A DNA stretch of 64,000 nucleotides, from NCBI GenBank assembly GCA_964516765.1, contig CAZEWZ010000007.1, positions 4,828-68,827 of the forward strand, given 5' to 3'. Origin of the DNA: an uncultured Cryomorphaceae bacterium (GTDB lineage: Bacteria; Bacteroidota; Bacteroidia; Flavobacteriales; UBA7430). Below are positions 1 to 10,615 of the stretch, piece after piece (the first letter of the stretch is position 1; the number at the start of each line of letters is the position of its first letter). A program made the position numbers and the translations under genes. Below the pieces are notes generated by a model. It saw only the letters and a list, made by a program, of their open reading frames with translations. It ran no database searches and had not been told where the DNA came from.

Positions 1-52
1 TTTAAATTTCATCCAAATAAGGTAATTTTATTATCTATTCAAATTACAATTC

Positions 53-1129
53 ATGGAAAACAATTCAAAACTTAAAAAAATACGCTTGGGTATCTCTGTC
101 GGAGATATAAACGGTGTGGGTTTAGAAGTAATCATGAATACTTTTTCGGACAACCGAATTTTTGATTTGTGTACTCCTATTATATATGCCTCTTCAAATT
201 ATGTATCAGATTATCAGAGTCAAGTTGGGTTTAAAAGCTTTATTTTTAACCTTGTTAAGTCCCCCACCAAAATAGCCCATAATAGAGTAAATTTAGTCAG
301 TTGTTGGGAAGAAAATATTGACCTTCACCTTGGTGAGGAAACTCCTGAAGGAGGCCTATTTGCATTAAAATCGCTTAGAGCCGCCGTGGAAGATTTAAAG
401 AAAGGCGAAGTAGATGCCTTAGTTACAGCGCCTATTAATAAACACAATATTCAATCTGACGATTTTAATTTCCCTGGTCACACTGAATATTTAGCAAGTC
501 AATTTACTGATGGGGAAGCTTTGATGTTTATGGTTGCAGATTCGCTTAGAGTTGGAGTGGTTACTGGTCATATTCCTATTTCAGAGGTCGCTTCAGCTAT
601 TTCTGAAGAAAAAATAACCACTAAACTCTCCCAGATGTATGATTCTTTACAAAAAGATTTCAATATTAGAAAACCCAGGATTGCTGTTTTAGGCCTCAAC
701 CCTCACAGCGGTGATCAAGGAGTTATTGGAAAAGAAGATAAACAGGTAATTATGCCCGCAGTTCAAAAGTCATTTGAATCTGGAAAGTTGATATACGGAC
801 CTTATTCTGCAGATAGTTTTTTTGCCTCAGAGACCTGTAAGCAATTTGATGCTGTACTTGCAATGTATCACGATCAGGGCCTGATTCCTTTCAAGACAAT
901 GTCTTTTAATAATGGTGTTAACTTTACGGCAGGTTTGTCTGTAATTAGAACATCTCCAGATCATGGAACTGCATATGATATTGTAGGAAAAAATCTTGCA
1001 AATCCCTCCTCATTTAGAGCTGCTGTTTATGAAGCATGTACCCTATATAAAAACAGAAAAGAATACTTATTATTAAATGATAATTCGCTAAAGTTTCGAT
1101 CTCGCTCCACCAAAAAATCGAGAGATTAA
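53..1129 (+). CDS. pdxA: 4-hydroxythreonine-4-phosphate dehydrogenase
   Basis: GDINGVG N-terminus, TAPINK, GHTEYLA, GLNPHSGD, AMYHDQGL and RTSPDHGTAYDI motifs of the PdxA family. Confidence 0.96.
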   Translation: MENNSKLKKIRLGISVGDINGVGLEVIMNTFSDNRIFDLCTPIIYASSNYVSDYQSQVGFKSFIFNLVKSPTKIAHNRVNLVSCWEENIDLHLGEETPEGGLFALKSLRAAVEDLKKGEVDALVTAPINKHNIQSDDFNFPGHTEYLASQFTDGEALMFMVADSLRVGVVTGHIPISEVASAISEEKITTKLSQMYDSLQKDFNIRKPRIAVLGLNPHSGDQGVIGKEDKQVIMPAVQKSFESGKLIYGPYSADSFFASETCKQFDAVLAMYHDQGLIPFKTMSFNNGVNFTAGLSVIRTSPDHGTAYDIVGKNLANPSSFRAAVYEACTLYKNRKEYLLLNDNSLKFRSRSTKKSRD

Positions 1130-1240
1130 GATTTGTTGGGTTCTTTTCGGATTTAGTTTTATTAATCGTGTGCAATTAGAATGCTTAAATAATCAAAAAT
1201 ATTTTTATCTTTGCTCACCTTAAAACTAAAAGTTTTGTAA

Positions 1241-1768
1241 ATGCTAACTAAATTCATAATACCTATTATTGGTCTTAAAATTGGAGAGCATGAATTTAAA
1301 TGGAAAGTTGATGGGGAGTTCTTTAAAGAATTTGATTGTAGCGAGTTGAACAATGGCGACATTGATGTTATTTTAACTTTAGTAAAAAAGTTAAACTTAA
1401 TAGAGTTGTACTTTCAAACAAATGGCCATGTTTCATGCCCTTGTGATCGCTGTGCGGGAGATTTAATCCTTTCATTTAATCACAATGAGATGAGAGTTGT
1501 CAAGTTTTCTTCAAGAAATCAAATAGATACCGAGGACTTTATAGTTTTAGGCAATGATGAACAGGAAATTGATGTTTCTCACATGGTATATGAAACAATT
1601 GTTTTAGGCTTGCCAGCGAGAAGAGCACACGGCGAAAATTTGAATACTCAAAAATGTGATTCAGATATACTTAGCAGACTAGAGATGTTTGAAGAGCGAA
1701 AAAAAAATACTATTGTTGATTCTAGATGGTCAGCATTGAACAAATTACTAACTGATAAAGATAAGTAA
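1241..1768 (+). CDS. yceD: YceD/DUF177 family protein (ribosome-associated)
   Basis: CPCDRC motif, C-terminal [10 protein letters not shown], and the conserved position directly upstream of rpmF. Confidence 0.88.
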   Translation: MLTKFIIPIIGLKIGEHEFKWKVDGEFFKEFDCSELNNGDIDVILTLVKKLNLIELYFQTNGHVSCPCDRCAGDLILSFNHNEMRVVKFSSRNQIDTEDFIVLGNDEQEIDVSHMVYETIVLGLPARRAHGENLNTQKCDSDILSRLEMFEERKKNTIVDSRWSALNKLLTDKDK

Positions 1769-1769
1769 A

Positions 1770-1946
1770 ATGGCGCATCCTAAACGAAAAATCTCCAAAC
1801 AAAGACGTGACAAGAGAAGGACCCACTACAAGGCAGAAGCACCTACAGTAGCAGTTTGTTCAACTACAGGAGAGGCGCATTTATACCATAGAGCCTATTG
1901 GTTTGAAGGAAAAATGTACTACAAGGGTAATGTTGTGATTGCTTAA
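1770..1946 (+). CDS. rpmF: 50S ribosomal protein L32 (58 aa, absent from the ORF track)
   Basis: Manual translation: [58 protein letters not shown], a Bacteroidota-type L32. Confidence 0.97.
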   Translation: MAHPKRKISKQRRDKRRTHYKAEAPTVAVCSTTGEAHLYHRAYWFEGKMYYKGNVVIA

Positions 1947-2017
1947 CATTATACAAAAGATAAAATTGAATTAATGAGCGACTTTTGACTCTTTTTATTT
2001 TTGTGTTCCAAGATTTT

Positions 2018-2058
2018 ATGTAGATTTAAACCCTAATATTTAGGGTGTAAATCTACAT
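2018..2058. repeat. 41-bp inverted repeat (19-bp arms, 3-nt loop, 1 mismatch) between rpmF and fabH
   Basis: ATGTAGATTTAAACCCTAA-TAT-TTAGGGTGTAAATCTACAT, followed by TTT. Confidence 0.8.
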
Positions 2059-2157
2059 TTTCATTTTTAGTAAATACTATATGTTTATGTGTCCAGAGAT
2101 TTACTCTTACTTAACTTTTAGTTGCAATTAAGGCTAGATTTAAAAATTTAAACAAGT

Positions 2158-3147
2158 ATGCACAACATCAAAGCAGCAATTACAGGAGTCAATGGTTGGG
2201 TGCCTGAATATAAATTGACCAACCAAGAATTATCTTCCATGGTGGACACAAATGATGAATGGATTACTTCTAGAACAGGTATTAAAGAGCGTAGAATCCT
2301 CAAAGGAGAAGGTTTAGGGAGTTCAGATCTGGGTGCTAATGCAGTCAAAGGTCTTCTGGAAAAGAAGAATATGATGCCAGATGAAATCGAATTGATTATC
2401 TGTGCTACCGCAACACCTGACATGCTTTTTCCGTCGACGGCCTGTATTATTGCAGATAAAATTGGTGCTAAAAAGGCATTTGCCTTTGATGTTATGGCTG
2501 CCTGCTCTGGATTTTTATATGCTTTATCTGTCGCTTCTAAATATATTGAATCTGGTGAGTACAAAAAAGTTATTGTTGTTGGTGCAGATAAGATGTCTTC
2601 TATTGTAGATTATGAGGACAGAACCACTTGTGTTATTTTTGGAGATGGATCAGGTGCTGTTCTATTAGAACCTGATCACGAAGGAATGGGGATTCAGGAT
2701 GCTATTCTTAAAAGTGATGGTTCGGGAAGAGATTATTTGCACATGAAAGGTGGCGGCTCAATTAATCCCTCATCTCACAAGACAGTAGATGCAAAAGATC
2801 ATTATCTTTATCAAGATGGCCAGACAGTATTCAAGTTTGCAGTCACCAATATGGCAGATGTTTCCGCAGAAATAATGGAGAGAAATAATTTAAAGAGTAA
2901 AGATGTAGCATGGCTTGTTCCCCACCAAGCTAATAAAAGAATTATTGACGCCACAGCCAGAAGGATGGGTGTTGGTGCGGAAAAAGTAATGTTGAATATT
3001 CAGAAATATGGGAATACAACAAATGGAACTATCCCACTATGTTTATGGGATTATGAAAAAAAGTTAAATAAAGGAGATATTCTCATTTTGGCTGCCTTCG
3101 GAGGCGGTTTTACATGGGGTTCCATATATTTAAAATGGGCATACTAA
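2158..3147 (+). CDS. fabH: 3-oxoacyl-ACP synthase III
   Basis: AACSGF catalytic Cys, [16 protein letters not shown] and YGNT motifs. Confidence 0.96.
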   Translation: MHNIKAAITGVNGWVPEYKLTNQELSSMVDTNDEWITSRTGIKERRILKGEGLGSSDLGANAVKGLLEKKNMMPDEIELIICATATPDMLFPSTACIIADKIGAKKAFAFDVMAACSGFLYALSVASKYIESGEYKKVIVVGADKMSSIVDYEDRTTCVIFGDGSGAVLLEPDHEGMGIQDAILKSDGSGRDYLHMKGGGSINPSSHKTVDAKDHYLYQDGQTVFKFAVTNMADVSAEIMERNNLKSKDVAWLVPHQANKRIIDATARRMGVGAEKVMLNIQKYGNTTNGTIPLCLWDYEKKLNKGDILILAAFGGGFTWGSIYLKWAY

Positions 3148-3168
3148 TCATAATTTAAAGAAATTATT

Positions 3169-3693
3169 ATGGCATTAGATCTTAAAGAAATTCAAGAACT
3201 TATTAAATTCGTTGCAAAATCTGGAGCTTCCGAAGTTGCTTTAGAGATTGGAGAAATGAAAATATCAATAAAAACACCCCCTAAAAAAGGGAAAAATAGT
3301 ACGGAGACTATTGTTCAGCAGACTCCTCCTTCTCCTATTAATCTAGTGAATTCAGATCCATCTTTAGTTGTTCAACCGATTATTCAGAAAGCTCATGATG
3401 GCACTTTACCTAGTAATGATGAATCTCCTAGTCCAGAAGACTTGAATTCAAAATACATCACTATAAAGTCTCCGATGATTGGAACTTTTTACAGGCAACC
3501 ATCCCCAGACAAGGATTCATTTGTTAGTATTGGTGATGAGGTCAGCGAAGGATCTGTGGTTTGTATTATAGAAGCGATGAAGTTATTTAATGAGATTGAA
3601 TCTGAAATATCAGGTAAAATTATCAAAGTTCTCGTGGATGATATGAGTCCTATTGAATATGATCAGCCTTTATTTTTGGTTGACCCTTCTTAA
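3169..3693 (+). CDS. accB: Acetyl-CoA carboxylase biotin carboxyl carrier protein
   Basis: EAMKLFNEIES biotinylation motif, SPMIGTFY, Pro/Ser-rich linker. Confidence 0.96.
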   Translation: MALDLKEIQELIKFVAKSGASEVALEIGEMKISIKTPPKKGKNSTETIVQQTPPSPINLVNSDPSLVVQPIIQKAHDGTLPSNDESPSPEDLNSKYITIKSPMIGTFYRQPSPDKDSFVSIGDEVSEGSVVCIIEAMKLFNEIESEISGKIIKVLVDDMSPIEYDQPLFLVDPS

Positions 3694-3713
3694 TTTTCAT
3701 ATTTTAAATAATA

Positions 3714-5057
3714 ATGATGTTTAAAAAGATTTTGGTAGCTAATCGAGGTGAGATTGCTTTGAGAGTGATACGTACAGCAAGAGAAATGGGTATAAAGACT
3801 GTTGCAGTATATTCTTTGGCTGATGCAGATAGTTTGCATGTGAAGTTTGCCGATGAAGCGGTTTGCATTGGGCCTGCAAGTAGTTCTGAATCATATTTAA
3901 AAATCCCTAATATCATCGCAGCAGCAGAGATAACTAATTCTGACGCCATCCATCCCGGTTACGGTTTTTTGGCCGAAAACTCTGTATTCTCTAAGATTTG
4001 CCAGGAAAATAACATAAAATTTATTGGAGCCTCTCCAGAAATGATAGATGGAATGGGGGATAAGGCCAATGCTAAAGCTACTATGAAGGAAGCAGGTGTG
4101 CCTACAATTCCGGGTTCTGAAGGTATTTTAGAAACCTATGAAGATGCTGAGTCGTTAGCTAAAGAAATCGGTTTTCCTGTAATGTTGAAAGCCACTGCTG
4201 GTGGGGGTGGTAAAGGAATGCGTGCAGTATATTTGATGGATGAACTTCTACCTTCATGGGATTCTGCTAGACAAGAGGCGGGAGCCGCCTTTGGGAATGA
4301 TGAGATGTATATGGAAAAGTTAATTCTGGAGCCTAGACATATAGAAATTCAAATTGTTGGTGATTATCGCGGTAAGGCTTGCCATTTGTCCGAGCGAGAT
4401 TGTTCTGTCCAGAGAAGACACCAAAAACTAACAGAAGAAGCGCCTTCTCCTTTTATGACCGAAGAGTTGAGAAAGCTAATGGGGGCAGCAGCCGTAAAAG
4501 CCGCAGAAGCTGTTAAATATGAGGGTGCAGGTACAGTAGAATTCCTAGTAGATAAGGACAGGAATTTTTATTTTATGGAAATGAATACCCGTATTCAAGT
4601 GGAGCATCCGATTACTGAAGAGGTCATAAATTTTGATTTGATTGCAGAACAAATAAAGGTAGCGGCGGGAGTGAAAATACTCGGAAAAAATTATAGTCCT
4701 ACACGCCATGCCATAGAGTGTCGAATTAACGCAGAAGATCCTTCAAATGATTTTAGGCCTTGTCCTGGCAGAATAACTACCTATCATGCGCCAGGAGGTT
4801 ACGGTGTTAGGGTGGATACGCATGTATATGCAGGTTATGTCATTCCTCCTCATTACGACTCAATGATAGCTAAGCTTATTGTTGTGGCTCAAACTAGAGA
4901 AGCTGCTATTGAGAAAATGAAAAGAGCGTTGAGAGAATTTGTAATCGAAGGAATCAAGACCACTATTCCGTTTCATCTGCAATTGATGGACCACGAAGAC
5001 TATCGTTCTGGAAATTACACAACGAAATTTATGGAAGATTTTGTATTTGAGTCTTAA
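3714..5057 (+). CDS. accC: Acetyl-CoA carboxylase biotin carboxylase subunit (start 3714 or 3717)
   Basis: [45 protein letters not shown] motifs. Confidence 0.97.
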   Translation: MMFKKILVANRGEIALRVIRTAREMGIKTVAVYSLADADSLHVKFADEAVCIGPASSSESYLKIPNIIAAAEITNSDAIHPGYGFLAENSVFSKICQENNIKFIGASPEMIDGMGDKANAKATMKEAGVPTIPGSEGILETYEDAESLAKEIGFPVMLKATAGGGGKGMRAVYLMDELLPSWDSARQEAGAAFGNDEMYMEKLILEPRHIEIQIVGDYRGKACHLSERDCSVQRRHQKLTEEAPSPFMTEELRKLMGAAAVKAAEAVKYEGAGTVEFLVDKDRNFYFMEMNTRIQVEHPITEEVINFDLIAEQIKVAAGVKILGKNYSPTRHAIECRINAEDPSNDFRPCPGRITTYHAPGGYGVRVDTHVYAGYVIPPHYDSMIAKLIVVAQTREAAIEKMKRALREFVIEGIKTTIPFHLQLMDHEDYRSGNYTTKFMEDFVFES

Positions 5058-5118
5058 AAGACCAAATTGCAAAGATTTTATTTTTAGATATCAAATTAAA
5101 GATAATTTAATTCTTAAA

Positions 5119-7041
5119 TTAAATAGCCAAGTTTAATTTGATTCTAATTTGTTCAATTTTGCTTTTTATTTTCTTTGGGCTATAGCCACAAAGGTCATGT
5201 AATTCTTTTTGTGGACCATGCTCAATAAAGTTGTCGGGAATGCCTAGGCGATAAACTTCACTATTGTATTGATTGTCAGCCATAAATTCAAGTATAGAGG
5301 ATCCCATTCCTCCTGAAATACAACCATCTTCAATAGTAATCACATGTGGGTAATTTTGAAAAACCTCATGTAATATTTTTTGATCTAATGGCTTGGCAAA
5401 TCTCATATCATAATGTGCAATATGAAATCCCTCTTTGTCGAATTCCGAGCAGACTTCAGACGCGTAGTTTCCAATATGTCCAATCGATAATATTGCAATA
5501 TCATTTCCTGATTTTAGTTTTCTTCCAGTTCCTATTTTAATCGACTTGAAATCAGTTTTCCAGTCAATCATTACACCTTGCCCTCTGGGATATCTAATTA
5601 CAAATGGTCCGTGTTCATTTTCTTGAGCAGTAAACATAAGATTCCGAAGCTCCTCTTCATTCATAGGGGCAGATATGATCATATTTGGAATACATCTAAA
5701 ATATGCGATATCAAAAACACCATGGTGAGTTGGGCCGTCTTCTCCAACTAGACCAGCACGATCTATACAAAAAACTACATTCAAATTTTGAATAGCAACG
5801 TCGTGAACCACCTGGTCAAAGGCCCTTTGCATGAATGTAGAGTAAATATTACAAAAGGGAAGCATCCCTTGGGTAGCCATCCCGGCAGAAAAAGTGACGG
5901 CATGTTGTTCCGCAATCCCAACATCAAATGCTCTATCAGGCATTTCTTGCATCATGAATTTTAAAGAGCATCCGGTAGGCATAGCTGGAGTAATCCCTAC
6001 AATTTTATCATTTTTTTTGGCAAGTTCAATGATGGTGTGACCGAAAATATCTTGGTATTTTTGAGGGGACACAACATTTTTTTTAATACTTAATGATTTC
6101 CCCGAATCTTTATTGAAAAGTCCAGGGGCATGCCATTTTGTTGTGTCTCCATCTTCAGCAGGTTGATAACCTTTACCCTTAGTTGTGATGCAATGAAGTA
6201 TTTTTGGACCGGGTATATTTTTCAGGTCTTCTAGCACATGAATCATGTGCTCTAAATTATGTCCATCTACCGGTCCAAAATATCTAAAGTTTAATGATTC
6301 AAAGTAATTGCTCTGCTCGAGCATTGAAGACTTAATCGAGTTTTCTATTTTTTGAACTATAGATTGAGCACTGGGTCCAAATTTACTAAACTTACCGAGC
6401 AGATCCCAAACCTCATTTTTCACCTTATTATATGTTCGTGATGTAGTAATATCTGTAAGGTATTCTTTTAAAGCGCCTACATTAGGATCGATGGACATAC
6501 AGTTGTCATTTAAAATGACAAGAAGATTTGAGTTTTCAATCCCCGCATGATTTAAAGCCTCAAAAGCTTGTCCTCCAGTGAGTGCTCCATCTCCAATCAC
6601 CGCAATATGTTGTTTGTCTTTCTCTCCACTAAGTTGAGATGCAATTGACATTCCAAGGGCAGCCCCAATTGATGTAGAAGAATGGCCTACTCCGAAAGTG
6701 TCATAAATGCTTTCATCGCGTTTTGGGAATCCGCTAATGCCTTTAAACTTTCTGTTGGTATGAAAAATATCTTTTCGACCTGTAAGAATCTTGTGGCCAT
6801 AAGCTTGGTGACCTACATCCCATACAAGTTGGTCGTAAGGTGTGTTAAATACGAAGTGAAGAGCGACAGATAGCTCAACTACTCCCAAACTAGCACCAAA
6901 ATGACCGCCATTGACAGAAACTGTATCAACAATAAATTGTCTAAGCTCACCAGATAATTGCATTAATTGTGCAATGTCTAATGACTTTAAATCGTCTGGA
7001 GAATCAATTTGATTTAGTAGGGATGTTTTTTCTTTTGACAA
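5119..7041 (-). CDS. dxs: 1-deoxy-D-xylulose-5-phosphate synthase (TTG start)
   Basis: GGHFGASLG, WDVGHQAYGHKILTGR, GDGALTGG, DVGIAEQHAV, GEDGPTHHG motifs. Confidence 0.97.
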   Translation of the reverse strand: MSKEKTSLLNQIDSPDDLKSLDIAQLMQLSGELRQFIVDTVSVNGGHFGASLGVVELSVALHFVFNTPYDQLVWDVGHQAYGHKILTGRKDIFHTNRKFKGISGFPKRDESIYDTFGVGHSSTSIGAALGMSIASQLSGEKDKQHIAVIGDGALTGGQAFEALNHAGIENSNLLVILNDNCMSIDPNVGALKEYLTDITTSRTYNKVKNEVWDLLGKFSKFGPSAQSIVQKIENSIKSSMLEQSNYFESLNFRYFGPVDGHNLEHMIHVLEDLKNIPGPKILHCITTKGKGYQPAEDGDTTKWHAPGLFNKDSGKSLSIKKNVVSPQKYQDIFGHTIIELAKKNDKIVGITPAMPTGCSLKFMMQEMPDRAFDVGIAEQHAVTFSAGMATQGMLPFCNIYSTFMQRAFDQVVHDVAIQNLNVVFCIDRAGLVGEDGPTHHGVFDIAYFRCIPNMIISAPMNEEELRNLMFTAQENEHGPFVIRYPRGQGVMIDWKTDFKSIKIGTGRKLKSGNDIAILSIGHIGNYASEVCSEFDKEGFHIAHYDMRFAKPLDQKILHEVFQNYPHVITIEDGCISGGMGSSILEFMADNQYNSEVYRLGIPDNFIEHGPQKELHDLCGYSPKKIKSKIEQIRIKLNLAI

Positions 7042-7066
7042 ATTTTAATATCTATAATTATAATTG

Positions 7067-7074
7067 CAAAGTTA
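7067..7074 (-). promoter_or_regulatory. Bacteroidota primary-sigma -7 box for dxs
   Basis: TAACTTTG on the minus strand (TAnnTTTG), about 25 nt upstream of the start. Confidence 0.65.
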
Positions 7075-7207
7075 CTAAACTATTGCCACATTTCTTAAGG
7101 TAGGGGTTGTTGTATAAAATTAAGATATTTTTTCATCAAAAATAATACCATAATTAATTCGTTTCTAATTTTGAACAGTTAAATTTAGGTAATACATAAG
7201 AAAAAAT

Positions 7208-7215
7208 TAAATTTG
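7208..7215 (+). promoter_or_regulatory. Bacteroidota -7 box for asnS-rpoN
   Basis: TAAATTTG, 40 nt upstream of the asnS ATG. Confidence 0.6.
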
Positions 7216-7255
7216 CTGTTGATCAAACACACAATAAAATAATTATTTATTTAAA

Positions 7256-8686
7256 ATGGATATAAAAAAAGTTTTAAGTTCTGGATTATCACAAGATTCT
7301 TTTCAGTTAAAAGGTTGGGTTCGATCAAAAAGAGGTAGCAAAAATGTATCCTTTATTGCTTTAAATGATGGATCCACTCTGCATAATATTCAAGTTGTTG
7401 TTGAAGGAGACCATTTTGAGGATACTATAAAGCTTATTCATACTGGAGCAAGTATTTTTGTAGAAGGAACGTTGGTTCACTCTAAGGGTGCTGGTCAGGC
7501 AATTGAATTGTTAGCTCAAAAAATCGAGGTGATTGGTCAAACCAATCCTGAGGAGTATCCCTTACAGCCAAAAAAACATTCATTAGAATTTCTTAGAGAG
7601 AAAGCTCATTTACGATTTCGTACAAATACTTTTGGAGCAATATTCAGAATTCGTCATGCCATGACTTTCGCGATTCATCAGTTTTTTAATAATAAGGGTT
7701 TTTCAAATATTCATACACCTATTATTACTGGTGCAGATTGTGAAGGTGCTGGAGAAATGTTTTCGGTGAGTACTTTAGAAAAGCATAGTCCGCCTCTTAC
7801 GAAAGAAGGAGCAATCGATTACTCCAGAGATTTCTTTGGAAAAGAAACAAATCTTACTGTTTCTGGACAGTTAGAAGCTGAAATGGCTGCCTTAGCGCTG
7901 GGTAAGGTTTATACATTTGGCCCTACATTTAGAGCAGAGAATTCAAATACTTCTAGACATCTAGCAGAGTTCTGGATGGTAGAGCCAGAGGTTGCTTTTG
8001 CCGATTTAAATGACAATATGTCTTTGGCTCAAGAGATGCTTCAGTATTTATGTTCATATGCATTAAAGAATTGTTTAGACGATTTGATTTTTCTTGATCA
8101 TCGTTTGGTCGAAGAGGAAAAACACAAGAAAAAGGAAGAACGACAAGAATTGGGTTTGATTAATAAACTGAAATTTGTGATTGAGAATGATTTTGAGCAC
8201 ATAACTTATACCGAAGCCTTTGATATTCTGAAAAATTCTAAACCTAATAAAAAAAAGAAGTTTAAATATTTAATTCACGAGTGGGGAGCTGATTTTCAAT
8301 CTGAACACGAACGTTTTTTGGTTGAGAAACAGTTTAAAAAACCTGTCATCATTACCGACTACCCAAAAGATATTAAGGCTTTTTATATGAGATTGAATGA
8401 CGACGGAAAGACTGTTCGCGCAATGGATGTACTATTTCCCGGAATTGGAGAAATCATTGGAGGTTCTCAACGAGAAGAGCGTTTCGATGTTTTGCAGTCT
8501 AGAATGCAGGAGATGGATATATCTCAGCATGAACTCTCTTGGTATTTAGATTCCAGAAAGTTCGGAACTGCACCACACAGTGGTTTTGGATTGGGCTTTG
8601 AAAGATTAATTCTATTTGTGACGGGTATGGGAAATATTAGAGATGTGATTCCATTTCCAAGAACTCCAAATAATGCAGATTTTTAA
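7256..8686 (+). CDS. asnS: Asparagine--tRNA ligase
   Basis: OB-fold [53 protein letters not shown]. Confidence 0.97.
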   Translation: MDIKKVLSSGLSQDSFQLKGWVRSKRGSKNVSFIALNDGSTLHNIQVVVEGDHFEDTIKLIHTGASIFVEGTLVHSKGAGQAIELLAQKIEVIGQTNPEEYPLQPKKHSLEFLREKAHLRFRTNTFGAIFRIRHAMTFAIHQFFNNKGFSNIHTPIITGADCEGAGEMFSVSTLEKHSPPLTKEGAIDYSRDFFGKETNLTVSGQLEAEMAALALGKVYTFGPTFRAENSNTSRHLAEFWMVEPEVAFADLNDNMSLAQEMLQYLCSYALKNCLDDLIFLDHRLVEEEKHKKKEERQELGLINKLKFVIENDFEHITYTEAFDILKNSKPNKKKKFKYLIHEWGADFQSEHERFLVEKQFKKPVIITDYPKDIKAFYMRLNDDGKTVRAMDVLFPGIGEIIGGSQREERFDVLQSRMQEMDISQHELSWYLDSRKFGTAPHSGFGLGFERLILFVTGMGNIRDVIPFPRTPNNADF

Positions 8687-10140
8687 TGCTAAAACAGTCC
8701 CTTCAACAAAAAATATCTCAGAAACTTTCTCCACAACAGATAAAGTTAATGAAGTTAATACAACTGCCTACTATTGAGCTAGAGCAGAAAGTAAAGGAAG
8801 AGTTAGAAGAAAATCCTGCTATTGAAGAAGTGATTGATTTCGAAGAGGATATGGAAATCGATTTATTTGATTCCAGAGAAGAGCAGTCTAGAGACGGAAA
8901 TGATGTGAATATAGACGAGTATTTGAGTGATGATGAGATTCCTCGATATCGTCTTGTAGCCAATAACGCATCTCCTGATCAAGAAGATAAGTCAATACCA
9001 TTGGCTATGGGGGTTAGTTCTTTGGATTTTTTAGAGCAACAACTTTCACTTCTAAATTTAGATAATACAAAGTTTCAGATTGGTATGTTCCTAATAGGCT
9101 GTGTATGTGATGAGGGGTACATCAGGAGAGATATTTTTGCTATAGTTGATGACCTTGCCTTTTCTAAAGGTCTAGAAACAAACACAGAAGAAGTTTTAGA
9201 AGTATTAGAAGCAGTTCAAAATCTTGATCCTCCTGGAATTGGAGCTAGATCTTTGCAAGAATGTATTTTGTTGCAACTAGATAGAAAGCCTTTGAATTCG
9301 AGTATTGAAATAGCTAAAGAAGTTGTTTTAAATCATTTTAATGCTCTTTCGAAAAAACATTATGATAAGCTAATTTTAAAGTTATCTATAGATGAATATT
9401 CACTCCAAAGGGCATTAGATGAAATCAGTAAATTAAATCCAAAGCCAGCCGCATTTAGTTCTACTAAAATAGTACAGCACATTATTCCTGATTTTAAAAT
9501 ATCAATTATAGAGGGTCAATTAGATTTAACAATGAATACGGGAATGATACCTGAATTAAAAATCAACAGAGGATACAATGAAATGCTAGAGGCTTATAAA
9601 GAGTCTAAAAATAAGAGCAAATCAAAAGAGCAAAAAGAAGCCATACTTTTTGTGAAACAAAAATTAGATTCTGCTTCGTGGTTCATTGATGCTATTAAAC
9701 AAAGACACAATACATTAATGCTAACGATGACTACTATAATGAATTTTCAAAAGAATTATTTTCTTAGTGGGGATGAGAGTGAACTTAAGCCCATGGTTTT
9801 AAAAGATATAGCTGATATTATTAAGATGGATATTTCTACTATTTCTCGGGTCGCAAATAGTAAATATCTAGACAGTCCGTATGGTACATTTCTGATAAAA
9901 CATTTTTTTTCTGAAGCAATGAAAAATGATCAGGGAAACGACGTCTCTTCTAAAGAAATCAAGATGATTCTTAATGATGTTATCATTAAAGAATCTAAAA
10001 TAAAGCCCTTAACAGATGCTAAGCTAATGACAATATTAAAGAATAGAGGTTATACAATTGCAAGAAGAACGGTTGCTAAATATAGAGAGCAACTTAATAT
10101 TCCTGTTGCCCGTTTAAGAAAAGAGTTGAATTTGAAATAG
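8686..10140 (+). CDS. rpoN: RNA polymerase sigma-54 factor
   Basis: Gln/Leu-rich region I (LKQSLQQKISQKLSPQQIKLM), HTH DISTISRV, RpoN box ARRTVAKYRE; TAATG overlap with asnS. Confidence 0.97.
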   Translation: MLKQSLQQKISQKLSPQQIKLMKLIQLPTIELEQKVKEELEENPAIEEVIDFEEDMEIDLFDSREEQSRDGNDVNIDEYLSDDEIPRYRLVANNASPDQEDKSIPLAMGVSSLDFLEQQLSLLNLDNTKFQIGMFLIGCVCDEGYIRRDIFAIVDDLAFSKGLETNTEEVLEVLEAVQNLDPPGIGARSLQECILLQLDRKPLNSSIEIAKEVVLNHFNALSKKHYDKLILKLSIDEYSLQRALDEISKLNPKPAAFSSTKIVQHIIPDFKISIIEGQLDLTMNTGMIPELKINRGYNEMLEAYKESKNKSKSKEQKEAILFVKQKLDSASWFIDAIKQRHNTLMLTMTTIMNFQKNYFLSGDESELKPMVLKDIADIIKMDISTISRVANSKYLDSPYGTFLIKHFFSEAMKNDQGNDVSSKEIKMILNDVIIKESKIKPLTDAKLMTILKNRGYTIARRTVAKYREQLNIPVARLRKELNLK

Positions 10141-10208
10141 AAATTATATCTTATGACTTAATTAGATGCAAATTATCATGTTTATTCATGAAACTAATTA
10201 CTTATACA

Positions 10209-10216
10209 TATATTTG
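10209..10216 (+). promoter_or_regulatory. Bacteroidota -7 box for the ArsR-family gene
   Basis: TATATTTG, 24 nt upstream of the ATG; a small TCATG-N7-CATGA inverted repeat lies at 10176-10192. Confidence 0.55.
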
Positions 10217-10240
10217 TTTTAAATATTCCCCCCTGTTATT

Positions 10241-10531
10241 ATGAAAAAGTTTGATTTAAATAACCCAGAATTATTAAAAGCTGCATCTATTTTAAAAGTT
10301 TTAGGGCATCCCATACGTGTTTTAATTATTGAATTACTATTTGATTCAAAACGAATGACTGTCAGTGAAATATTTAAGGCTTTAAATATTGAACAAGCTA
10401 TTGCGTCTCACCATTTAAATACACTAAAAAATAAACAAGTCTTAGTCTCAGAAAGAGTAGGCAAAAACACCTATTATGCTGTTGCTGATATTAAGTTGAC
10501 GGAAATGATTTTAATTTTGAGGGGGGAGTAG
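10241..10531 (+). CDS. ArsR/SmtB-family (HlyU/NolR-like) transcriptional regulator with no cysteines
   Basis: LKVLGHPIRVLII, IEQAIASHHLNTLK HTH, SERVGKNTYY wing. Confidence 0.9.
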   Translation: MKKFDLNNPELLKAASILKVLGHPIRVLIIELLFDSKRMTVSEIFKALNIEQAIASHHLNTLKNKQVLVSERVGKNTYYAVADIKLTEMILILRGE

Positions 10532-10558
10532 AAATATCTAAATCTATAAATTGTTTAG

Positions 10559-10575
10559 TTGGCGCCAACTTTGCA
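10559..10575 (+). promoter_or_regulatory. sigma54 (RpoN) -24/-12 promoter of the C25 protease gene
   Basis: TTGGCGCCAACTTTGCA gives GG(10561-62)-N10-GC(10573-74), matching TGGCRC-N5-TTGCW, about 40 nt before the ATG at 10616. Confidence 0.75.
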
Positions 10576-10592
10576 ACTTATTAAATATAATT

Positions 10593-10610
10593 AATTAAAC
10601 TAGTTTAATT
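10593..10610. promoter_or_regulatory. Perfect 18-bp palindrome in the protease 5' leader (candidate operator)
   Basis: AATTAAACTAGTTTAATT equals its own reverse complement. Confidence 0.5.
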
Positions 10611-10615
10611 TTTTT

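Noticed and set aside
1947-2157. Absence of plsX between rpmF and fabH
   Set aside because: To my knowledge rpmF-fabH without plsX is normal in Flavobacteriales; no remnant is visible.
7078-7092. TGGCAAT on the minus strand upstream of dxs as a sigma54 -24 element
   Set aside because: The -12 position is GT in a poor context, and a perfect TAACTTTG box explains the promoter.
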